44,755 nt of DNA from Candidatus Thalassarchaeaceae archaeon (GTDB taxonomy: Archaea > Thermoplasmatota > Poseidoniia > Poseidoniales > Thalassarchaeaceae): the NCBI GenBank assembly GCA_029250665.1, contig JAQXEV010000006.1, positions 1 through 44,755 on the forward strand, given 5' to 3'. The notes under the pieces were generated by a model, which searched no databases, had not been told where the DNA came from, and was given only the letters and a program-made list of their open reading frames with translations. The translations under genes and the position numbers were made by a program. How positions within the stretch are numbered: the first letter of the stretch is position 1; each line of letters opens with the position of its first letter. Positions 18,552 to 26,770 of the stretch are shown piece after piece.

Positions 18552-21500
18552 ATGAACTCGTTGCCCATGCGTAGCCTGACACCTCTCACGTTATTCGCCA
18601 TTCTGATGGTGACGAGCCTCTCGCCCCTTGCGTTTGGCCCGGCACTGGACCACAACCCAGCGCGCGAGGTCTCACCTCGTGCCCTAATCGACTTCGAAGT
18701 GACAGCCATCGAGATTGGAAACGGTTCTCTCGACGCGAGGGAATGGACCAATCCAGATGACAGCATCGTTGAATATGTTCTCCGCGATGAATTGATTCAG
18801 ATCAATGTCACATTCACCCAAGCAGGAACCTCTGGCCAGCCGGCGAGTGCAAGTGGAATGTTGCAGATATGGCACCCTGTGGGATTCATGATTACACAGT
18901 GGGAAGTGAATATGACACTCTCCGGATTCCAATCCCACCGAGCAGAATTCTACTGGACTCCTAATTCTGCTCACAGCCAACTCGATGAGAATGGATATCT
19001 CGTTGGCGGTATAATCCTCCGCGGCATCATTGACGGCGGCCTCGCAGACGACAATGAAGAGAATAATCAGCTCGACCGCGAGATGCCAGTCGCTGTATGG
19101 GACGACCCGATGGAGAACGGCATTTGCGGAGATGTAGATCAAGACAATACTGCAGATTGCCCGAACCAACTAAGCTACGGCAACCCAACTTGGGTCGGAG
19201 CTGGCTACGATTCCGACGGTTCTCTCTCCGACAACCCTGATTACTACGGGCACTGGAGGATGGACAACACCTCGAGTGCCATTGGCGAGCGCCACTGGCG
19301 AATCTCCCGACAGGGCGCTGATTACGCAAGCAACCGAATTGATCGCATCTGGTGGGGTTGGTTGACACCTTTCGAATCCTGTGAGGATCCCGGACACGGT
19401 CTAGGTTACGGAACACTCGACCAGAGTGTGTCTGCTGTATACGCCAACAATTTCTGCCGCGCTCGTATCCGTGGGTTCGAATTCCTCTCTTTGCAGATGG
19501 TCTCACACGCCTGGGGTAGCATGGGCGCGGGCGATATGGTCCGAATGGAAGCGGATGCCGGTAACGAGGAATTCTACAATTACACTGCTCAAGAGTTATC
19601 CGAAACTTACGGAGATTGGACTCAACTGGTTTGGAATATGTCCGACGTCCACCCGACTGGTGACTATACACTGGCATTCAGATTCGATTCGGATTCTTCC
19701 CATGCGACGCAAGGAATTCACCTTGACGGATTCATCATGTTCGGTATAGAGCGTGTACCAGAATACACCCTTGGTCTCGAATGTGACGACCCTCTACCAA
19801 ATGCATACATCGTTGTTCCTGCCGATCCACGACCACCATCCCTCTGGTGCACAGTGAAAAATAATGGATACGTCGACATCACTCTCAGACTTTACACCGA
19901 GGTGTCGAACAAGTCATGGATGTGGGAGCACCCACTGCGAATCGATTCTAACCATCCTTCAGATCACGACAATAGCGTTGTAACCAAGACCATCAAAGCA
20001 CTGGAGACCATGGATCTCTGGATCAATCTGACTATTCCCGACGGTGTGACCGTTCAGGAAGTCAATTGGTATGTCCACATCGGCGATGGTTTGACAAATT
20101 TCTCAAAGTGGTCCGTCGACTTGCCCGTCGATGTCACAGCATCATATTCGTCCTATCTGACGCAGAAAACATTGCAGAATCCTGCTCTTACATTGTTACC
20201 TGGTGAAACGGGCGATGTTTTGATGTCTCTGAAGAATACTGGAAATCAGGTTGCTACATGGAACCTCGGTGGAACTTTCGCAGACAATCGTTGGAGCGCA
20301 ACGAACCTTGTTTGGGCAAATGAGACAGGAGTCGAAATGACGAGTGTCGAGATGCAGATAGGCGACGAATTCGAACTCAATGCTCGACTCACCGCCCCTG
20401 AGGAAATCACTCCTGGTTCTTACGCGATTACACTGCTGGCCAATGGGCGTGCTCCGGCTAATTTCCAGACCGAATGGACCGTTCAAGTCGAAGTGCCGAT
20501 TGATCACGATCTGAAGTTGGTACCTGAGGTTCGAGAGATGTTGGCACCAGCCGATGGTGCTCTGAGATGGATCGAAATTCAGATGGTCAACGATGGTAAC
20601 TCCGAGGAGGCCTTTGATCTGTCGATTTCTGCCGATTGGAGACTAGGTCTCGAATTGAACGCCGAACAGACTCTCGGTATCGATCCGTTCGGTGGAGATA
20701 CCAGTATTTTGCTGATGTTCCCGATGCCCTACGGAATAGAGAATGAGACCTACCAAATATGGGTCCGAGCGACCAGTCAAATCGATCCTCAATACCAGCG
20801 CAGTGTCCAATTGTTGCTAACGGTTCCCGAAACTTATCTCATCGAGGTTCCAAATATGGATCTCACCGAGGAGGTTTACCGCGCGGGTGATGATTCCCGG
20901 ACTTTGCGTTGGGAGATATGGAACCATGGGAATATGCCCGATCGGTTCCACATTTCCTTCGAGACTAGCCATTCTGACGTCTCGGTAAATGCGCAGGGAT
21001 TAACCAATGGTAAGACACCTTGGATTGGAGCTGGATCATCTCTCAATCTGACAGTTAGTTACGCCTTCGCACAGGGTGCGGATGGCGACCGCACAGTCAC
21101 CTTGATTGCTGCCAGTCAGGAGTCTGAGACAATCGGCCAGAGTGTATCTTCTCAAGGTGAGGCCGAATTCAAGGTTGGAAAGGTCGGATGGATGCTAGTT
21201 TTGCCTCCAGCCGGTGGACAAACCGTTGTTATTGATGAGAAGGGAGAATATATCCTCGAATTCACTGTTCAGAATTTGCATACTACATCTGAACAGTTGA
21301 TGAGAGCGGATATTGATCGCACTACAGAGCCTGAACTCTTCTTCAACGTCTTCGATGTCCGTGTTGACAGCGAGGACCGAGATTTCGTTCTGCCCGCCGG
21401 TTCGACAAAGGTCGTGACAGTTCGTGTTGATGTCAAGCAGGAGCATCTGGACAATCTTGGCGAGAATACGCTCGTGTTCAACGTGATTCTTGCGGTCGAT

Positions 21501-22115
21501 TCCGACATAGACAAGGTATCTGTCGGAACTCCAATTGAAATGGTGAAGACTGTTCAGGTCACCGAGGGACCCGATGTCGGATTTATCGCCAAGTTGGCAG
21601 CGAACATCGTCTTCGTCATCGCCGGATTGGTTGCGATGGCTGTCGTTGGCATAATCACATTCCGAATTTTCAAGGAAGCGCAAGCGCCACTTGAGGAATA
21701 CTCGAGCATCGAGGATTACTCGCCAAGTTTTGCCAATCTAGGGGGGGACGGAGAAGTCCCAGCCGCACCTGAGTTGCCAGCAGCCGACGAGGTTGCGAAT
21801 TCGATGTATGGTGGCTCAGCTGATATCTTTGAGAATCCTGCGGCTGAAATGCCACCGCCACCTCTACCAGAGGATGAGCAAGCAGCACCACCAGCACCAG
21901 AGATGCCTCCTCCACCAATGCCTGAACCTGAGCCTATGCCAGAGCCAGAGCCTGTTGAGGAGGAGATTCCTGAACCTGAGCCGGCTGTTGAGCCTGAGCC
22001 TGCTCTCCCACCTGGTGTCCCTCCGATTCCAGAAGATGGCCTCCCCGATGGTTGGACCATGGAGCAGTGGGCCTTTTACGGCCAGAAATGGATTGATCAA
22101 CAGAAGGGTGATTGA
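18552..22115 (+). CDS. Large cell-surface protein with tandem Ig-like (CARDB/NEW3-like) domains, C-terminal TM, Pro/Glu-rich linker and GLPDGWTMEQW tail motif
   Basis: Signal peptide; DDNEENN CARDB-like motif; repeated (V/L)xNxGN motifs; TM near the C-terminus; many N-x-S/T sequons. Start at 18552 or 18567. Confidence 0.8.
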   Translation: MNSLPMRSLTPLTLFAILMVTSLSPLAFGPALDHNPAREVSPRALIDFEVTAIEIGNGSLDAREWTNPDDSIVEYVLRDELIQINVTFTQAGTSGQPASASGMLQIWHPVGFMITQWEVNMTLSGFQSHRAEFYWTPNSAHSQLDENGYLVGGIILRGIIDGGLADDNEENNQLDREMPVAVWDDPMENGICGDVDQDNTADCPNQLSYGNPTWVGAGYDSDGSLSDNPDYYGHWRMDNTSSAIGERHWRISRQGADYASNRIDRIWWGWLTPFESCEDPGHGLGYGTLDQSVSAVYANNFCRARIRGFEFLSLQMVSHAWGSMGAGDMVRMEADAGNEEFYNYTAQELSETYGDWTQLVWNMSDVHPTGDYTLAFRFDSDSSHATQGIHLDGFIMFGIERVPEYTLGLECDDPLPNAYIVVPADPRPPSLWCTVKNNGYVDITLRLYTEVSNKSWMWEHPLRIDSNHPSDHDNSVVTKTIKALETMDLWINLTIPDGVTVQEVNWYVHIGDGLTNFSKWSVDLPVDVTASYSSYLTQKTLQNPALTLLPGETGDVLMSLKNTGNQVATWNLGGTFADNRWSATNLVWANETGVEMTSVEMQIGDEFELNARLTAPEEITPGSYAITLLANGRAPANFQTEWTVQVEVPIDHDLKLVPEVREMLAPADGALRWIEIQMVNDGNSEEAFDLSISADWRLGLELNAEQTLGIDPFGGDTSILLMFPMPYGIENETYQIWVRATSQIDPQYQRSVQLLLTVPETYLIEVPNMDLTEEVYRAGDDSRTLRWEIWNHGNMPDRFHISFETSHSDVSVNAQGLTNGKTPWIGAGSSLNLTVSYAFAQGADGDRTVTLIAASQESETIGQSVSSQGEAEFKVGKVGWMLVLPPAGGQTVVIDEKGEYILEFTVQNLHTTSEQLMRADIDRTTEPELFFNVFDVRVDSEDRDFVLPAGSTKVVTVRVDVKQEHLDNLGENTLVFNVILAVDSDIDKVSVGTPIEMVKTVQVTEGPDVGFIAKLAANIVFVIAGLVAMAVVGIITFRIFKEAQAPLEEYSSIEDYSPSFANLGGDGEVPAAPELPAADEVANSMYGGSADIFENPAAEMPPPPLPEDEQAAPPAPEMPPPPMPEPEPMPEPEPVEEEIPEPEPAVEPEPALPPGVPPIPEDGLPDGWTMEQWAFYGQKWIDQQKGD

Positions 22116-22215
22116 GTAGAATTCGCTGATTCGGTGGCACGAGCGCCCTCGCGCCTACGTGTGCGAGGCCTTATGACCCCCTCTCTTGTCGCCGGATTCC
22201 GGAGTGTGATTTCCG

Positions 22216-23826
22216 ATGTACAACGGTCAACAACCAATATTTATCCTCAAGGAAGGGACTACTCGAACCAGCGGTAAGACCGCTCAGAGCAATAATATCG
22301 CGGCAGCTAAGGCCGTTTCTGACGCGGTTCGTAGCACCCTCGGGCCAAAGGGAATGGACAAGATGCTTGTCGATGCAATGGGCGATGTAGTCATCACTAA
22401 CGATGGTGCTACAATACTCAAGGAAATGGACATCGAACACCCTGCTGCCAAGATGATTATCGAGATCGCTAAGACTCAGGAGCAGCATTGCTTCGACGGT
22501 ACCACAAGTGCCGTTGTCATTGCAGGAGAGTTGCTCAAGCGTAGCGAGGACCTCGTCGACCAGAACGTCCACCCAACTGTAATCTGCGAGGGCTTCAGGC
22601 TCGCCTCAGATAAGGCCGCAGAACTCATCGATTCTCATTCTCTCGAGGTCAATGAGGAGCGACTTCACGAGGTCGCTATGACCGCCCTTACTGGCAAGAG
22701 TGCCGGGGCTGTCAAGGAATTCCTCGCAGACATATCAGTCCGTGCTGTCCTTGCAGTTAGCCAAGAAACCGATGACGGCGTCGTCGTCGACCTCGACGAC
22801 ATCAAGATTGAGAAGAAGCAGGGTGGGTCAATCAAGGACAGTTCCCTCGTCGACGGAATTATCCTCGACAAGGAGCGAGTCCACTCAGGAATGCCTCGCT
22901 CGGTCGCTGGCGCAAAGATTGCACTCATCAACTCGGCAATCGAGGTCAAGAAGACAGAAGTCGACGCTAAGATTCAGATCACAGATCCAAATATGCTGGC
23001 GCAATTCCTCGACGAGGAGGAATCATTCCTCAAGGGCCTCGTCGACAGCATCATCGCCAGCGGAGCCAATGTCGTCATCTGCCAGAAGGGCATAGACGAT
23101 TTGGCTCAGCACTACATGGCCAAGGCCGGTATATTCGCTATTCGCCGCGCTAAGAAGAGCGACATGGAAGCGCTCTCAAAGGCGACCGGCGGCAGTATCG
23201 TCACCAATGTCGATGACCTTAGCGGAGACGACCTCGGTCAAGCCGCAAAGGTTGACGAGCGAAAGATCGGCGATGCAGACATGGTCTTCATCACCGGCTG
23301 CCCGGAAGCCAAGAGCGTCAGCGTATTGCTGCGCGGCGGAACCGAGCATGTGGTCGATGAGATTCGCCGCGCATTCGATGACGCCGTTGGCGTCGTTGCA
23401 GTTGCTCACGAAGATGGAGCAGTTCTCACCGGCGGCGGTTCAGTTCTAGCAGCCATCAGCCGCGACTTGCGATCATACGCCGAAGGAATCGGTGGAAGGG
23501 AACAGATGGCAATCGAGGCCTTCGCCGGAGCTCTCGAGGTCATTCCTCGAACCCTCGCCGAAAACGCTGGCCTCGACCCGGTGAACACGATTATCGATCT
23601 CAGAAAGGCACATTCCGAAGGTCTCTCGACCTACGGAGTGAACGTCTACGACGGCGGAGTCGTAGACATGGCAGAGAGCAGAGTGTACGAGCCCAGCCGT
23701 GTTGTGGAACAGGCCGTGCAGAGCGCTTCGGAGACCGCAGTGATGATCCTCAGGATTGACGATGTCATCTCTAGCAAGGGCGGCGGCGGCATGGATGGCG
23801 CCGACTTCGATGGCTTCGATATGTGA
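22216..23826 (+). CDS. ths: Thermosome subunit (group II chaperonin)
   Basis: [33 protein letters not shown], Gly/Met-rich tail. Confidence 0.98.
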   Translation: MYNGQQPIFILKEGTTRTSGKTAQSNNIAAAKAVSDAVRSTLGPKGMDKMLVDAMGDVVITNDGATILKEMDIEHPAAKMIIEIAKTQEQHCFDGTTSAVVIAGELLKRSEDLVDQNVHPTVICEGFRLASDKAAELIDSHSLEVNEERLHEVAMTALTGKSAGAVKEFLADISVRAVLAVSQETDDGVVVDLDDIKIEKKQGGSIKDSSLVDGIILDKERVHSGMPRSVAGAKIALINSAIEVKKTEVDAKIQITDPNMLAQFLDEEESFLKGLVDSIIASGANVVICQKGIDDLAQHYMAKAGIFAIRRAKKSDMEALSKATGGSIVTNVDDLSGDDLGQAAKVDERKIGDADMVFITGCPEAKSVSVLLRGGTEHVVDEIRRAFDDAVGVVAVAHEDGAVLTGGGSVLAAISRDLRSYAEGIGGREQMAIEAFAGALEVIPRTLAENAGLDPVNTIIDLRKAHSEGLSTYGVNVYDGGVVDMAESRVYEPSRVVEQAVQSASETAVMILRIDDVISSKGGGGMDGADFDGFDM

Positions 23827-23833
23827 GGTCGAT

Positions 23834-23850
23834 TACGACCGTAGGTCGTA
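23834..23850 (+). terminator. Hairpin after the thermosome gene (candidate terminator or 3' stabiliser)
   Basis: TACGACC-GTA-GGTCGTA perfect 7-bp stem just after the stop codon. Confidence 0.4.
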
Positions 23851-23921
23851 TCACTAGTTTACATCAAGTTCAAGAATCGATTTCGGGTGGGGCAACCACC
23901 CGTCGGGGCTGAGTTGGAAAA

Positions 23922-25895
23922 ATGGCCATCGTCAGTGTCTATATTGAGGAGGGTTGCATCACCTGTGATGCCTGTGAAGAGATACTTCCAGAAGTCTTCC
24001 ACGTGACCGATGATACTTGCTTCATCAATGCCGAAGTGAGGCTTGATGGTGGATACGATAGGAACGAAGGGAAGGCGGGATTGAAGCCTGAAACTCTAGC
24101 TTCATTCGAAGATGACCTTCTCGACGCTGCTGATGGTTGTCCAGTCGATGTGATCATCATCGTCGAAGGTGGAGTGGCGGCCGCTGCTGAGCCCGAGGAG
24201 GCTGCTGCACCAGCCGCTGAAGCTACTGTAGAACCTGTGGCGTCCGAGCCCATCGAAGTGTCTGGTGATGATATCGGTGAGTTGCTAAGTGTTGGTGACC
24301 GCAGCCTCGCGATTCTCTTTGGCTCACAATCTGGAAACTCTGAGGACCTCGCTGCGAAGTTTGCAAAGCAGGCTGCGGATTATGGCCTCGAAGGAACCGT
24401 CCATGATATGGATGGCTTCGATTTTGGTTCGCTGTCGGGTATGAAGAGAGTCCTCATCGTCTGTTCTACTTGGGGAGAGGGCGAAATGCCCGACAATGCT
24501 GAGGAGCTTTGGCAGACCTCAACGAAGGCTCCAGCCGGCACTCTGTCCGGAGTCCACTTCTCGGTCTGTGCTCTCGGTGATACGAGTTACGAATTCTTCT
24601 GTGAGTCTGGAAAGGAATGGGATGAGCAATTCGAGAAACTCGGTGCTACACGACTCGTGGAGCGCGTCGATTGTGATGTCGATTACGATGCACCAGCAGC
24701 CGCATGGGCTATCGATGCACTGGCTGCTCTAGCCGCCGTCGATGGCTCCGGCGTCTATCATGAAGATATGATTGAGGCGATCAAGGCTAACGCCGCTGGC
24801 GATGTTGGCGGCGCCGACGGTGAAGACGGATTCTCAGTACCTGATCTAACGGCCGCCACTGTACAGGCCGAAATCAGCATCTTCCGCTATGATCCAGAGC
24901 AGGCATCGACCGGTTCCGACACTTGGGTCTGTGCGATGCCGGGTCACCTGAGTCTGCTGGAAACTCTTCGAACCATCAAGAGCACACACGATGGTAGCCT
25001 GTCCTTCCGTGACGGGGCTGCCGACGACCCATCGACTGCAATCTGCGTCAATGGGAGATTGGTTCTCCCAGGCATGATTCGCCTCGACGCTGTCGCCCCG
25101 ACTCGCGATGGAGTTCTCAGTCTGCGAGTCGACCCACTACCTGGCTTCGAAGTCATTCGTGACCTCGTCGTCGATCATTGGCCGATGGAGCGCAGGCGCG
25201 AATCAACCGAACCATGGATGGTCGCCGCAACTCGAGAAGGGGCCGCTACCATGCAAGGCGCCATCGGAGTAATGGATCCGAATGTCGCTACAGCGTTACA
25301 CTCGATTACTGATTTCAGCAGTGCCGCCCTCCTTCAAGCATCATCCGACGCTGTTCCACATGCGAATGGCTACCTCGGCCCCTCTGTCCTCGCTTCTGCT
25401 TGGGCTCGCCGTAACGATCCACGTTCATCGCATTCATCGGTTGCCAGCCTTGATTCGATCCTTGGAAGTAAGAACGGAATCAAGGCTGAGACAGATTTAG
25501 CCAGTATTCGTCGGCAGAATGGATCCGGTGTAGTCATCTCAGAGGCTTTGCTTGACGCAAGGACGCACGTTCTCGAGCAGGACGCATTCACAGGGCGTCA
25601 CGGCAAGCATGTTTGGTGGTACGCTTGGACGCTGAAATCGAGTGGAAAGGTCAACGATACTGTCCTCTATCGACAAGTTCTCGGCCCGATTGGACTTATT
25701 GGAAATCTGACTTCAGGAGTCACTGCGCGAATGGTGACCGGATTCACGCGCACAGGTGGAGACATGTTCTACGATATGTTGGCGATGGTCGCTCCGCCCG
25801 CAGGATTAGGAAAGATGCCGCGGCAATTCAATTCATCAGTCGAGAACCATCATGAGGTCGTAGCAATTTTCAATGAGCTCGACGGGAGATTCTGA
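23922..25895 (+). CDS. Ferredoxin + flavodoxin + SdhB/FrdB-like (Cys-depleted) fusion protein
   Basis: CITCDAC...GCPVDVI; ILFGSQSGNSE, STWGEGEMPDNA, ALGDTSYEFFC; IFRYDPE, IKSTHDGSLSFR, VDPLPGFEVIRDLVVD, YLGPSVL..AW..RNDPR. Confidence 0.85.
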   Translation: MAIVSVYIEEGCITCDACEEILPEVFHVTDDTCFINAEVRLDGGYDRNEGKAGLKPETLASFEDDLLDAADGCPVDVIIIVEGGVAAAAEPEEAAAPAAEATVEPVASEPIEVSGDDIGELLSVGDRSLAILFGSQSGNSEDLAAKFAKQAADYGLEGTVHDMDGFDFGSLSGMKRVLIVCSTWGEGEMPDNAEELWQTSTKAPAGTLSGVHFSVCALGDTSYEFFCESGKEWDEQFEKLGATRLVERVDCDVDYDAPAAAWAIDALAALAAVDGSGVYHEDMIEAIKANAAGDVGGADGEDGFSVPDLTAATVQAEISIFRYDPEQASTGSDTWVCAMPGHLSLLETLRTIKSTHDGSLSFRDGAADDPSTAICVNGRLVLPGMIRLDAVAPTRDGVLSLRVDPLPGFEVIRDLVVDHWPMERRRESTEPWMVAATREGAATMQGAIGVMDPNVATALHSITDFSSAALLQASSDAVPHANGYLGPSVLASAWARRNDPRSSHSSVASLDSILGSKNGIKAETDLASIRRQNGSGVVISEALLDARTHVLEQDAFTGRHGKHVWWYAWTLKSSGKVNDTVLYRQVLGPIGLIGNLTSGVTARMVTGFTRTGGDMFYDMLAMVAPPAGLGKMPRQFNSSVENHHEVVAIFNELDGRF

Positions 25896-25904
25896 GGTGA
25901 GAAA

Positions 25905-26765
25905 ATGGCTGTCAAATACGCTTACCACCCTGGAAATGTCGCCCACAGCAGCGCTCCCGAGGTTGCTGATACGATGGGCCCCTTGGCTCGCGCCTTGGAT
26001 ATCACTCTGGTTCCTTTACCGGGAGCTACCAGTTGCGGCGCCGGAATTGTAAGACAGGCTAACCGTCGCCTGCAGTTGACTCTCAATGCACGTACCTTTG
26101 CTATGGCAGAGGCACAGGGTCTGGATATCATGACTCCGTGTGCTGCGACGGCGGGTAATTTACACGAGGACCTGATGACTTTGAGGTCAGACCAAATTTT
26201 GCTGCAAGAAGTCAATGAGACTCTGCAGCGCACTTGTGGTTTGACGATGACAGGGGATGTTGCAGTTCACCACTTACTACACGCGGTTGTCGATGAGATT
26301 GGACTAGACAAGTTAGCGGATAAGGTCCGCAACCCGATTGATTTCGCGGTTGCTGGATATTACGGACCAAACATGCAGCAAGAAGGCGCTTGTGGCGGAG
26401 ATGATGTGTATGATCCAGATTATCTTGAGCAGTTAATTTCAGCTCTTGGTGGAACTCCAGTTAGCTGGGAGGCTCGGACTCAGAGTGTCGGCGTCCCTGG
26501 GATATTCAGTGAGGAGCCGACTGTGATGAAGCAAGCTGCTGAGGCTCTGTCCGAGGCTAAGGCTGAAGGTGCTGAGTTGATTGTCAGCGCTTGCAATCTT
26601 TCTCATACCGTTCTTGATGTATATCAGGGCAAGGCCGGTCGTGATACCGGACTTGCGACTAACATCCCAGTGATTCATCTGTGCGAGATGCTTGCTTTCG
26701 CTCTTGGTACACACAATAGCCGATTGGCTCTACTCAGGACTCGTATCGCTGTTATCGGTGACTGA
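25905..26765 (+). CDS. SdhE/HdrB-like CCG-domain protein with degenerate cysteine motifs
   Basis: YAYHPG, SCGAG, LNARTFAMAE, TPCAAT, VAGYYG, SACNLSH..LDVYQ, IPVIHL..MLAFALG match the HdrB/SdhE scaffold; GAGGTGA SD, 9 nt after the upstream stop. Confidence 0.85.
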   Translation: MAVKYAYHPGNVAHSSAPEVADTMGPLARALDITLVPLPGATSCGAGIVRQANRRLQLTLNARTFAMAEAQGLDIMTPCAATAGNLHEDLMTLRSDQILLQEVNETLQRTCGLTMTGDVAVHHLLHAVVDEIGLDKLADKVRNPIDFAVAGYYGPNMQQEGACGGDDVYDPDYLEQLISALGGTPVSWEARTQSVGVPGIFSEEPTVMKQAAEALSEAKAEGAELIVSACNLSHTVLDVYQGKAGRDTGLATNIPVIHLCEMLAFALGTHNSRLALLRTRIAVIGD

Positions 26766-26770
26766 TTCTC

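Noticed and set aside
21840-22010. Short direct repeats (CCTGAACCTGAGCC, CCACCA runs) as a CRISPR or VNTR array
   Set aside because: They are codon-level consequences of the Pro/Glu linker; no constant repeat with unique spacers and no cas genes.
23922-26765. Calling the operon a functional succinate dehydrogenase or heterodisulfide reductase, or a pseudogene pair
   Set aside because: Fe-S ligands are missing and no catalytic flavoprotein subunit is adjacent, yet both frames are full-length with conserved scaffold residues and a good SD, so neither label fits.
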